64,000 nt of DNA from the IMG/VR virus record IMGVR_UViG_3300031998_000058, positions 8,321 through 72,320 of that record. One strand, given 5' to 3'. The stretch is from a virus. Taxonomy: Duplodnaviria; Caudoviricetes. A program made the position numbers and the translations under genes. The first letter of the stretch is position 1. Each line of letters starts with the position of its first letter. The notes below the pieces were generated by a model. It ran no database searches. It was given only the letters and a program-made list of their open reading frames with translations, and was not told the DNA's origin. Below are positions 39,542 through 49,561 of this stretch, piece after piece.

Positions 39542-40333
39542 CTATTTCACTCCTGCTCTTTCCTTGAGCACTTCCACCTTTTCAGCAATCTCGTCTTGAT
39601 AGTCTTCCATCATGTCTTTCCATCCGTCTTCGTAGTCATAGCATATATCCTCATCGCCAGCCGCAGATTCAATCGCCTCAACATATCCTTTGAGCATATC
39701 GAAGTCCTTCTCGTAACAATGGAATGAGTTAGCCCTGTGTGTATATTGACCGACTTCTACTCCAAGTTCTTTAGCTATCCGCTCCTGTAAGCAGATCAGA
39801 GCGAATGCATTCATGAATGTTGCCTTGCAAGCATCGTTGCTGCGGAAGAGAACTACGCAGTCTAATTTGCCGTTACGGATGAAATACTGGATATTCTGAA
39901 GACACGCAGGATCACTGGAATAAGCATCAGCACAAACATCTCTAATCACCATTACAGCTCTTCGACTTGACGGGTTATGTTTAAGTTCATAAATCACAAA
40001 ATCTATCTGGTCAAGACGAGTTAGATGGCTGACAGGATAGTTCGTCATGCGATCATGATATGTGTATTCCCAATTACCGGCTGCTATCTCAAAGTCCAGG
40101 ATACCGTCAAGCATCTCTTGTCGGTACTGTTCCAATTCTGCTGGCCCGCCGATAAACAGCTTAGAAATCCTTGGCTCTTCCAACGGTTTGAGGACTACCA
40201 TAGTCATTGACAGTTCCTTCTGTTTCTGGCTCCAGTCTGCACAGTCGGCTATCTCACCACTAAGTTCCAGTTCATGAAGCGCCATGTGGTACGCTTCCGG
40301 TAATGTTCTACCCCTTACTAATATTTCGTACAT
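39542..40333 (-). CDS. thyA: Thymidylate synthase (ThyA family)
   Basis: SRRAV, PACL (catalytic Cys), FRSND...MN (Asn retained), GQY.H..NS.HCY. Confidence 0.75.
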   Translation of the reverse strand: MYEILVRGRTLPEAYHMALHELELSGEIADCADWSQKQKELSMTMVVLKPLEEPRISKLFIGGPAELEQYRQEMLDGILDFEIAAGNWEYTYHDRMTNYPVSHLTRLDQIDFVIYELKHNPSSRRAVMVIRDVCADAYSSDPACLQNIQYFIRNGKLDCVVLFRSNDACKATFMNAFALICLQERIAKELGVEVGQYTHRANSFHCYEKDFDMLKGYVEAIESAAGDEDICYDYEDGWKDMMEDYQDEIAEKVEVLKERAGVK

Positions 40334-40348
40334 CTGATCTATTCCTCC

Positions 40349-40609
40349 TTAAGAGACAACGATATTTGCTTCCTTTGTATAGGCATCCATATAAAGCTCG
40401 CCCTTGTCCCCATTGTACGTGAACTCTGCATAGGTTGAGTCTCCGTCAATATTGGTGCTACATAAGCACTTATAATTCTGCAAAGTCTTGCAGGACCAGA
40501 CTACATAGGTGTTATTATAAGCGATTTGGGTGCTTCTGTGATTGTCGAACCATCTCTTCAACTCAAGCCTGCACGTAATCTGAAAATCTTCCATCCCTGT
40601 AAATTTCAT
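40349..40609 (-). CDS. DUF6275-like small phage protein
   Basis: YVVWSCKTLQN.K...ST......E.TYNGDK.ELY.DAY. Confidence 0.65.
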   Translation of the reverse strand: MKFTGMEDFQITCRLELKRWFDNHRSTQIAYNNTYVVWSCKTLQNYKCLCSTNIDGDSTYAEFTYNGDKGELYMDAYTKEANIVVS

Positions 40610-41816
40610 TGTTCTTCTCTCCTTTTTCCCTCGCTACAATAATCCGTTTCTTTTCGTTCTTCGTGCCAGCGATAGCACCACCAGCATTGTTCTTCCGGTA
40701 CTCTGTTGTCAGTGAATTCGTAATATTGGCAATACTTACAATGTATGATAGGCTCTATATCAGCAGTGGACATATACTCATTGCAAGGAAAACCTGCCGC
40801 TTCTCGTTCTTTATATTTCTTGAACAGTTCATCGTTGTCAAAAAACAGTGGGTTTCCAGGAACGAATATATCTCCTACGATGTTCTTGTCACGACGGCAA
40901 ACATTTGTGTGAATACAAGTCTTGCACATTTTACTTTTACTCATCACATTCCCCCGTTATAATTTCCGCAATGCTGACAATAATGAGCCGGATACAATGC
41001 TCTTGTCTGGCAGCTTGGGCAGTAGAATGCGATTTGTCTATTCCCGTCTGCATCTGTCTCTGTACAATCCACACACCACTTTTCCCCGATATTCTTCCTT
41101 GGCTGGTTAGCAGGCATCAATAATTTTTGTACGCTCATATCCATTTTCTTCTCAATCATTTGTTTTGTCTCCTTTAAACCAAACCTCTCAGCGCAAAAAC
41201 AATCTTTTGTTGGGCATATTTTTCGGTAATGCCACTCAAGGCTACAGGTTTGCAAGGAATCAATCGTTTTGCTCGAATATGGGCAATTCTTGACATACTC
41301 ATTTATTTCTTCTCTGGTCATCAGCCGTCCTCCTGCTTTCCAAATTCATCTAGCCAATACTCAATATCTTCCATAAGGCAGTTGCCGTCACATTCTGCAT
41401 CGTCATAAAATACTGTTTCTGCGAGAATGTTTAAAACATATGATGATTTATCTTGTCGTTTCAATAACTGATGTGCTGCGCGTAAAAGAGTTTCTGCCCT
41501 ATTTGTAGCTTCATTCATCATTCGCTATCAATTCTCCTTGATATCTCTCCAAGACCATACCCCAGTTCTTTTAGCTGCTGTAGAGCCATATCACGCTCCC
41601 ACTTAACCTGAGTAAAGACTTCCCTGGATACAACATCAGCGGCTTCAGGGCATCCTTCATCCGTCCAAAAGTCAATCGCATCTGCAATCGTCATTTCTTG
41701 CACAAAATGCTCTTCGTGCTCTTCGTCAAATATCTGCACGTGAACAAGTTTATCCGCATTAATATACTTCTTCGCCATCAGCCGTCCTCCTATTCCTCTC
41801 GCTCTTCTTGAGCCAT

Positions 41817-42077
41817 CTATTCCCAGTCCTCCGTTTCGTTCCACCGTTTTATCAAGCGCCTTCTGCATTTCTGCTGCTCGTTGTATGACATTGTTGTTAA
41901 TTCTTGATACATCATGTATGTGCAGCTTTCGCATTTGATATACCAACCCGGGCTTCCGCCTAACGGATGGTCGCACAGGCTGGCAAGTCCCCCGCTCATT
42001 CCTGCTATCCATTTGATGCTGACGGGATGTTTGCAGTTGGGGCAATGTTTCAATTCATTTGTTTCCTTCGCCATCAT
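41817..42077 (-). CDS. Lar-like Zn-ribbon protein
   Basis: ELKHCPNC...WYIKCESC...LIKRWN. Confidence 0.5.
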   Translation of the reverse strand: MMAKETNELKHCPNCKHPVSIKWIAGMSGGLASLCDHPLGGSPGWYIKCESCTYMMYQELTTMSYNEQQKCRRRLIKRWNETEDWE

Positions 42078-43250
42078 TCATCCTCCTCGATATATTCCTC
42101 ATAGTGGATACATGCTATCCCTACGTCTTTCTGCACTTCGCACTCTGCCTGACAGTTGACGTATCCTGTTCCTCTATCATCATTCTCCACGCATTTCTGG
42201 CAATGTATGGACAGCCAATCGTTAATCAGATTTTGTCTTTCTGCGGTTGTCATGATTCGTCCTCCTTATCATTTTCGTGACCTTACGAATATCATTTGCC
42301 ATCATCTTCGTCCTGAATTATCTGAGTCATCTTCCATCCCGTTCGCTTCTTGACCACTTCCGCAACTTGTGGCTTATAGCATCTGACGCACTTTCCGCCG
42401 TTGAACATACTGCACCAGTAATATTGTGGTTTCTGATTCGAGCGTTCTGCTTCTTCCCATTCTTGGTCTTGAAGTGGTACACGCCTGCGGTTATAGTACG
42501 GTCTTTTATCGTGTATCGTTTTGCGCTTTACCATTTACTTATCCCCCGTCATCCATTCTTGTGGTATTCAATTTTGTCTTCGGCAATAATGCTTCTCACC
42601 ATCCAGTCATATCCGCAGAACCCTCGATTCTTCCGTCTGAGTTTCGCCGCTTCTTTAGCATCTATGATTCTGCATGATACGCAAGCAGACCATCCGTCTT
42701 CCCACCTGTAATAGAATGATTTTCCATCAAGTTCTTGTATTCTTTTCTTATTTAAGCCAACGCTTCGGTCAGTCTTAGTGATAATGTGAACATCGTTTTC
42801 TTCTGACCACCTGCCGTTCCCCAAAACCACGGATCATCTTGCTTTTTCTCTATTTCCTCAATAAACGCATCCCTGTCAATAAACACACGCCGTGCGTTTT
42901 CCGTGCGTTTATCGTGTGTTTCTACCAGTTCCCCGTTCATGTGATATTCTGGAATATTCGGTATTTCTGCCGTCCAGTGTTCGCAGTCTTTTGAATCGCA
43001 TTGAAAACACATACACTTTCTGTTCTCCGGGCAAGTAAACCCTTTATCGTGCGTTTCTTCTAAGATTTTCCGTGCTAACTTTCCCGGGAAAACCATATCG
43101 TTATCTACGTTGACACCGTTTTCTTTCTGAAATTTGACAATGCGTTTATCGTGTGTTTCTTCCAACGCCTTGATAGCCATGTCAAACATTTCTTCGTTCG
43201 GCTTATATCCGCTGAACTCTTTTGCAAGGGCTTTCAACCCTTTAATTGCT

Positions 43251-43505
43251 TCATCCCTTGTCATTGTTCGTCCTCCTGTTCCACGCCTTTGCCGCTTCTC
43301 TCCACGAATCGTAAAACTCTATTCCGTTATGGTTGATGCCCGTTTCGCAGTCCACACAATTTACCGCAAAAACAAATTCACCCGTCAACGATACCGGCCT
43401 AATTAGCTTTACCTTTGTGCTCCCACAAAACGGGCAAGACTTTAAACCGTCATATTCGCTCGTGGTGGTTTTCTTTGCAGGTTTATTACGCACGAATAAT
43501 CTCAT
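43251..43505 (-). CDS. Lar-family restriction-alleviation-like protein
   Basis: LKSCPFCG...VNC.DC...EAAKAWNRR. Confidence 0.7.
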   Translation of the reverse strand: MRLFVRNKPAKKTTTSEYDGLKSCPFCGSTKVKLIRPVSLTGEFVFAVNCVDCETGINHNGIEFYDSWREAAKAWNRRTNNDKG

Positions 43506-46079
43506 CTTCTTCCCCTCCTAACGTCCGTCATCCTTCTCTTTGGGTATCCGTGCATTTTTAGCCAGTTATTTGTGTTAAAAAGCCTGATGTATTTAAGTTC
43601 TGCGTTTTTGCTTGTGTATGGTCTTAACTGTGCCAAAACACTTTTTATTGCTTCTGTTGCCAGTTCCGCCGAATACCCTAAACGCACCATTGCCTGACAA
43701 AGCTGTTCAGTGGTCAAATTAAGACCATCAAGGCTTACATTCATTCCATCCTCCTATTTCCCATCATCAGAATCTGCTTCTTCGCTCATCCGCACAAAAT
43801 CAAGTATGTCAACTAATTGTTCAGATATATATCCCTTTGAACAGTAGTTCATACCGCGGCACTCTTCGTAGATATTGTCGCATCTTTTTGCTATTGCTTC
43901 GAATAGGCCACCCTCAAGTTCCTTTTTCAACTCTTGATAATGTTCTTCTGGCGAAACAACTTTGATTGTGAATTCTGAAGTTTCTTCATTCTTCATGATC
44001 TGCCTCCTCAATTCTCGCTATCGAATCTTCAATCTGTCGCTTTGAGTACGCCCAAAAATCGCCGTCATCATAATCGGTATCGGGTTCAAGCTCTTTCCAC
44101 AACTCCAGACTGCGAATTGCCATGTCGTATGCAGCGTGCCCCACAATGCTCATGCCTGACTCTATGTGCGGTTTCATGGCTTTCAATTCACCGATTGCCT
44201 CTTCAATCTTCATGGTCTGCCTCCCTCGGAAAGTAAATAATCGCATCTCCGTTTGTTCCCCAAATAACGATTCCTTGACGGTCAGGTATATACAGTTTAA
44301 GTAACGGCCTGTAATCTGACGCTTTAAAGTGTCTGATTCTTGATGCCGCTATTTTGTAAATCTCTTCATTTGTCAGCTTCATGGTCTGCCTCCTTCTGAT
44401 AATGTGGGCAATTATATCTGACAAGCTGACCGGGTTTCGGGCAGTACTGGCAGGTTTGTTTTCGTTTACATCTGTTGCAGTCACCACTCTCAACCACATT
44501 TCTGTATGCCCTCAGTGCGTCTAAGATGTACGCCTGCTGTGCTATTGCTTCATCAAGTTTACTCATTCCTTCTCTGCCTCCTTCTCAGGGTCTATAACTT
44601 CAACGCTAATAGCGCAGGTGCTTATGCGGTGGTCTTCACTCGTAACATCATGTTCAATAATCGTTTCGGCAAAGCGTATCGCCTCCAGACGGTCTGTAAA
44701 ATCAAAATACCTTGTTTGGTATCCGACCTTAAGTGTTATTCTGTAAATAAATTTGCTCATTCCTTCTCTCCTTCCTTCTGGCGAATCATTTCATTCAACG
44801 CCTTCTTAAACTTGTCCATTGATTTTCTTGCTTTATCGCTTTCTCTGAATATTTCTCTTGCTTCTTCTATCGAAAAGAAATCTGTGCACGGTTCCCCTGT
44901 GTCTCCAGAAAACATCCATCTGTCATTTCCCTTCTCGCAGTAATTGATGTCATAGTTGAATACGTTGTGCCGTGACCAAAGGCAGTTATGACATACAGGG
45001 TTCATTATTCTTCCTCTCCTTCCTTCTGGTTGGTTAAGCCTCCCAGCCTATCTGAAAACATTCTTTAAACTTTGAAGTGTCGAACTTCTGGAAGATTGCC
45101 AGAAACTTTTCTGCTGTTTCCTTGTCATGTGTCAGAAACAAGAACGGAAGGTCAAAGCAGTGCCATTTTCCGTGTTCAATCGGAACATCGTTTACCGGCT
45201 CCTGACGTGTATCCTTTAAGAGCTTCCTATCATCTTCCGACAATTCAATACCTAACCTCTTTTCAATCTGCTCTACTGATAAATTCCCTAATCTGATTCC
45301 CATTCCGCTTTCTCCTTCCTATCTCTCCGACATAAATGTCGGGAACATCTTCAATCGTTCTTAAAACAGCGGTGGAATAACGATATTATTTTCTTCCACA
45401 AAACCGATATGTTTCCTTACTGCTTTTTCAATGTCCTGTAATGCTTGCTGATACCCTTGATTGTATTTCGTATTTATGACCTTATAATCTTGTCCTCCGT
45501 TGCACCAGAAGGACGGGGCATCATAAGCATTTTTAATACCCAAGTCGCTGATGATTCTGTCGAAAGCCTCATATTTCTCGTAAACCGCTTTCTGCTCGCC
45601 CGATAACTGTTCTATGTGTGCATAGACATTTTCAAAGTCTTTATCACTTCTGACTTTATCGTCATTCGGACACATCTTTCCGCAAGCACATCCCATAACA
45701 TAATCGTCAGGTATGTCGAACACCGCTATATATTTCATTCCTTCTCTCCTTCCTATCCTTGCGGGTACTCTCGCACCGATGCACCGTTTAACAGCCCCAG
45801 ATCGTCGGGTCTCCCCTGCTCCAGACTCTGTATGCGATTTCCCCGCTATTCCTGCGCCGGTCTTTCCCGGCTGTCACAGTGTATTTTTTCGTACTTTGCC
45901 GCGCTACCTTACACTGCCACTACGTCACGCTCCCACTTGTCACGGAAATGGGCGGGAACCGGATGCCATCTCCGAGCATCACCGGACAGGTTCTATGGTT
46001 TCCCTGCATTACCTCGGTTTTTCTCACCCTTTCGGATGGGCTATCAGGCAATAGATAGCTTGCTCAACCGAAAAGCCCG

Positions 46080-46165
46080 TGGAACCGGCAGGACTCGAAC
46101 CTGCAACCCCGTCTATAGCTTATTGTGCCATTACCACGGTATCTGCCAATTAATGCTACGGTTCC
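46080..46165 (-). ncRNA. tRNA-like RNA with an aberrant anticodon region
   Basis: Acceptor GGAACCG/CGGTTCC+A, T-arm GCAGG-TTCGAGT-CCTGC, D-loop-like AATTGGCAG; no canonical 7-nt anticodon loop. Confidence 0.6.
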
Positions 46166-46328
46166 GCATTTTGCCCTTGTCGCTATACAAGGAGTGTTAT
46201 GCAAGGGATACGCCCTCGGACGAACCACACGTCGTAAAAGCCTCTGTCCTTTTGTAACCCGCTGTTGAGGTCTGCGGCTGTCTGTCTTTCCAGACTGTCA
46301 GACAAGTCCTCCAGTTGCACAACTGGAT

Positions 46329-46468
46329 TGCTCCGGGTGAGGATTTGCACCTCACATGAACATGGAATTTTTTAAGGCTCCCCTCGTTCCCTTTCGGTTA
46401 CATATCAATGTTACGTACCATTGCCATATTCACGGGGAGAAAGCGTCTACCTATTCCGCCACCGGAGC
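46329..46468 (-). ncRNA. tRNA-Leu-scaffold RNA with about 85 nt in place of the anticodon/variable arms
   Basis: Acceptor GCTCCGG/CCGGAGC+A, D-arm TGGCGGAATAGGTAGACGC, T-arm GTGAGG-TGCAAAT-CCTCAC. Confidence 0.65.
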
Positions 46469-46495
46469 ATGCGCCGGTCTTTTCCGGCTGTCTGA

Positions 46496-46702
46496 TCAGA
46501 ACTGCTTGTCTCTTTCCTCGTCATCGACCAGAACGATTTCAGAAAGTTCTTTGAGCGCCGCAATGTTGGAGTCCATGAAAGAAACCAAGCCCCTGATATT
46601 TTCGCTTTCATCACTGGCAAGCACCATGTTTCTTGAGTCTTTGCAGCTGTTAATCAGCTTTTCCATGTTTGATTTGAACGTTTCTCTCCTCATCAGATTC
46701 AT
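46496..46702 (-). CDS. Hypothetical protein
   Basis: 68-aa ORF in the chain. Confidence 0.5.
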   Translation of the reverse strand: MNLMRRETFKSNMEKLINSCKDSRNMVLASDESENIRGLVSFMDSNIAALKELSEIVLVDDEERDKQF

Positions 46703-47136
46703 TTGTTTTCCTCCTTTGTTTGATCCGGCTTTCTTGTTTCAAATTTGTCGCAGGGTGTTTCGTACCCGTGGGTTAAACAACATGTTTCAAACTCGCACCG
46801 TCCGTATTTGTCGTGCCTTGTAGCGTCCTTATCCCAATGAGCACAATCTTTGCAGAACGATGTATTAAGTCCTAATGTGCGCTCCAGTTCTTTGATAGCC
46901 TCGTCAATATATCTCCTGTGACGTTCGTTCTGACCAGGTTTCGTGAACCACTTATCCTTAAACCACTTGACGGTCTTGTTGTACTCTCCGTTCGATGTGT
47001 CGCCACTGTCTGCCCACTCTTTATCGTGGAATACTTTAGCCAGGTCTTTGACCAGATCATTGAGTTCTCTGTCACCCAAGCTGTTTGTATATTCTTCAAG
47101 CTGACAGTAGAAATAGTTTAAGCTGCCGCCGCTCAT
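46699..47136 (-). CDS. Hypothetical protein (MSGGS family)
   Basis: MSGGSLNY.Y...D..K..HD.EW.DSGD. Confidence 0.6.
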   Translation of the reverse strand: MSGGSLNYFYCQLEEYTNSLGDRELNDLVKDLAKVFHDKEWADSGDTSNGEYNKTVKWFKDKWFTKPGQNERHRRYIDEAIKELERTLGLNTSFCKDCAHWDKDATRHDKYGRCEFETCCLTHGYETPCDKFETRKPDQTKEENK

Positions 47137-47354
47137 GTTTCTTTAACCTCCCATAAGTTTTCTTTCGCTGTTTGTTCAACCTTTGCAACCATGTTCATCA
47201 GCACTTCATGAAGCTGAATTTTAATAGGTTCGTTTCCATACGACATGAACTTACATTTGATCGGAACGTCTCTTTTGTACGGTTCTGTTCCGAGCTTGAA
47301 GTAGTCATCACCGTGGTAATAGTTATGTGTGAGAGTCAATTCATACACTTCCAT
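47133..47354 (-). CDS. Hypothetical protein
   Basis: 73-aa ORF. Confidence 0.5.
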   Translation of the reverse strand: MEVYELTLTHNYYHGDDYFKLGTEPYKRDVPIKCKFMSYGNEPIKIQLHEVLMNMVAKVEQTAKENLWEVKET

Positions 47355-47521
47355 CTATTCGTCCTTCCATTTCAATAGCATCAAAAACTATCTTCTTTCT
47401 TCTTCGTCTTCATTCGTACCATCATCCGCTGCTTCCAGGATCCCGTGAAACACTATTCCAAGTGCGCCGCCTAAGATAATGCCAATAAAGAATGCTACTA
47501 TTGTTCCCATTGATTTCCCTC

Positions 47522-48009
47522 TTAATGAATCACAATAAAGTCATGTGTTAACAGTCCGTTACTGATCACAACACAATTCTGCCTCGGTCGGTTCAGCTCT
47601 TCTCCTGTACCCCCCCTAAAATGAAGTGTATGCGCTTTCTGAACATCATGAGCTGTGTTATATAATCAAACGGTATTCCATCATTCAGCCATAATAACGG
47701 CATTATCAATGCATACTTCATTCCAAGAGCGTCCAGGCGTTTCACTACGTCTTTCTTCCGGCTGAATGGAGGGTTAGAAATAACAGCCTGCGCTCCTTTG
47801 GGCGGTTCCGTTTCAAAGAAATCAGTGTCGGTACAGATACACCGGTGACCATGTTCCGTAAGGATCCGGTCAAATGCGCCTCCCTTATCGTTGAACGGAA
47901 GCCATACTGTCATCGGACGTTTAATATGCTGCGCGATAGTTTCTGCATCTTTGTCACGCGTAAAATACTCATCTCCTCTTATACTTTCCAGATCCGTAAT
48001 TCCACCCAT
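47522..48009 (-). pseudogene. N6-adenine DNA methyltransferase-like gene, frameshifted near the C-terminus at a G7 tract
   Basis: DEYFT...VWLPF...DFF...ISNPPFS (motif IV). Stops at 47593 with G7; G8 extends it with GTGEELNRPRQNCVVISNGLLTHDFIVIH* to 47522, next to the following RBS. Confidence 0.65.
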
Positions 48010-48011
48010 TG

Positions 48012-48452
48012 TTACTGTTCCCCTTCTTCTGTCATTCGTTCAAATTCTTCATAGCAAGCCTTGCAGCCTATCGTGTTGATAATGTTGCAGTCTATATATC
48101 CATCTTGGAATTCACTGATATTTGCCTTCAAGCATGTTCTTACCATTTGGCCAGTGTAAGGAATGAAGCTTTTACACGCTGTCTCTGGATCAATCGGAAA
48201 TAACGATCCGCCTCTGCACCAATGGTCCTGTTCTCCAGGCATTTCACAATTTGACCAGCTTGTTCTGTGATGTCCAGTTCTTTTCTCGTATGGATCATGC
48301 TTCGCCCTGTAATCGTCATAACATAGTCCGTGAGGGCATCGTGAGCTCCACCAGTACAAACATTTCCTGCAACAGTTTTTACAGCTTGGTAATGACATGC
48401 GGTCATGCTCTATTACTGAGTCCATTCTTAAGTTCCCCTGTTTTAACAACAA
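48012..48452 (-). CDS. Cys-rich hypothetical protein (possible metal-binding)
   Basis: About 12 Cys, e.g. CKNCCRKCLYWW...C...C. Confidence 0.55.
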   Translation of the reverse strand: MLLKQGNLRMDSVIEHDRMSLPSCKNCCRKCLYWWSSRCPHGLCYDDYRAKHDPYEKRTGHHRTSWSNCEMPGEQDHWCRGGSLFPIDPETACKSFIPYTGQMVRTCLKANISEFQDGYIDCNIINTIGCKACYEEFERMTEEGEQ

Positions 48453-49540
48453 CTCAATCTCATCTGACCGGCCACCTGTTTTTCTTCTTCCATGCGCTTT
48501 GCTTTATATTCGTTGTACTGTTGCCGGTATCTGTAGCTATCTCCAAATATGTTCCATGCAGCCTTGACGACATTTGGTTCATACGGACGGATTATTTCAA
48601 GGTCATCAACAGCTCTATACGATATCGGACATCCGCAGCATCCAGTTCTTTTTAATCCATATACTTCATAAGCATCTGAATACCGAACACCGTAATAGTC
48701 CTTGTACCACGCCTTGTCTTTATCGCTTACGTAATACAGAGGCCGGAGCCGAAACTGACCGTTACTGGATTCCGTAAAGCAGAGCGATGTATTGTCTTTC
48801 CTTGGAACGGATCTCATGCCGCCCTCGTCTCTGCGTTCACCAGTAATGATCATCTCGTATCCCTTCTGGACCCGATGCGCTAACTGCTTCTTGCAATAGT
48901 CACAGCACTTGGCGCTGATCTGGAATGTTGGCGGGTACTCTGCAATAAAATCACGCATGTACTTTGATGAGTTGATGACCAGCTGAATGTTCGGTCTTGG
49001 TTCCCCGGCTGCATTGCAGCAGCACAGGAAGTTAATAACGCTTTCGCAGTTCGGATATCGTTCTTTCAGTTCCTTACGTTTTGCCGCCTTGTCCTCTGCC
49101 TGCTCGTATTCATCGGCTATAGACAGTGGAATTCCTTTCTTTTGCCAGTCCGACAGCCCTCCTGACATGATCTTTGAAACGAACGGTATTCCGTGTATCC
49201 TGGCCGACTGTACGATGTTTATCTTCGGCCTTGCCTCCAAAATAGTGACCCCGTACTTTTTCTCTGTTTCCTTAACATGGTCCTTGGTAGCCTTCATCTC
49301 AAGTCCGGTGTTAAAGAACACGTAATGGATCTCAGGAAGGTCAAATGCTTTTCTGGTTCGTTCCACCAGGTCGATCATAATATCGCTGTCCGCACCACCC
49401 GAATAACTACAAATTGCATTCGGATGTTCCTTCAATCTCTTTGCGATAATACTCTCTATTGCTGTAAATTTTCGTGCCGGCTCAAAATCTGCGTAAGCCG
49501 GTCTATCTGTATATACCCTGCTCTTAAATTCTTTTCCCAT
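48443..49540 (-). CDS. PAPS-reductase-family (PP-loop) protein
   Basis: SYSGGADS PP-loop, FFNTGLE, KCCDYCKK, TGERRDE, RTGCCGCP. Confidence 0.8.
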   Translation of the reverse strand: MGKEFKSRVYTDRPAYADFEPARKFTAIESIIAKRLKEHPNAICSYSGGADSDIMIDLVERTRKAFDLPEIHYVFFNTGLEMKATKDHVKETEKKYGVTILEARPKINIVQSARIHGIPFVSKIMSGGLSDWQKKGIPLSIADEYEQAEDKAAKRKELKERYPNCESVINFLCCCNAAGEPRPNIQLVINSSKYMRDFIAEYPPTFQISAKCCDYCKKQLAHRVQKGYEMIITGERRDEGGMRSVPRKDNTSLCFTESSNGQFRLRPLYYVSDKDKAWYKDYYGVRYSDAYEVYGLKRTGCCGCPISYRAVDDLEIIRPYEPNVVKAAWNIFGDSYRYRQQYNEYKAKRMEEEKQVAGQMRLSCC

Positions 49541-49561
49541 GTCTTTCCTCCGATGTCGTGC

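Larger units (their letters stand above)
40606..45738 (-). other. Array of about 20 small, overlapping, co-oriented hypothetical ORFs (early accessory genes; several Cys-rich)
   Basis: ORF track shows a continuous minus-strand chain (e.g. 40606-40947, 40944-41321, 41321-41521, 41518-41778, 42292-42534, 42549-42830, 42752-43264, 43502-43744, 43754-43996, 43986-44213, 44203-44382, 44366-44566, 44563-44760, 44757-45005, 45034-45303, 45361-45738) with GGAGG RBSs. Confidence 0.65.

Noticed and set aside
39542-40333. dCMP hydroxymethylase
   Set aside because: The substrate-determining residue after RSND is Asn (FMN), as in dUMP enzymes, not Asp.
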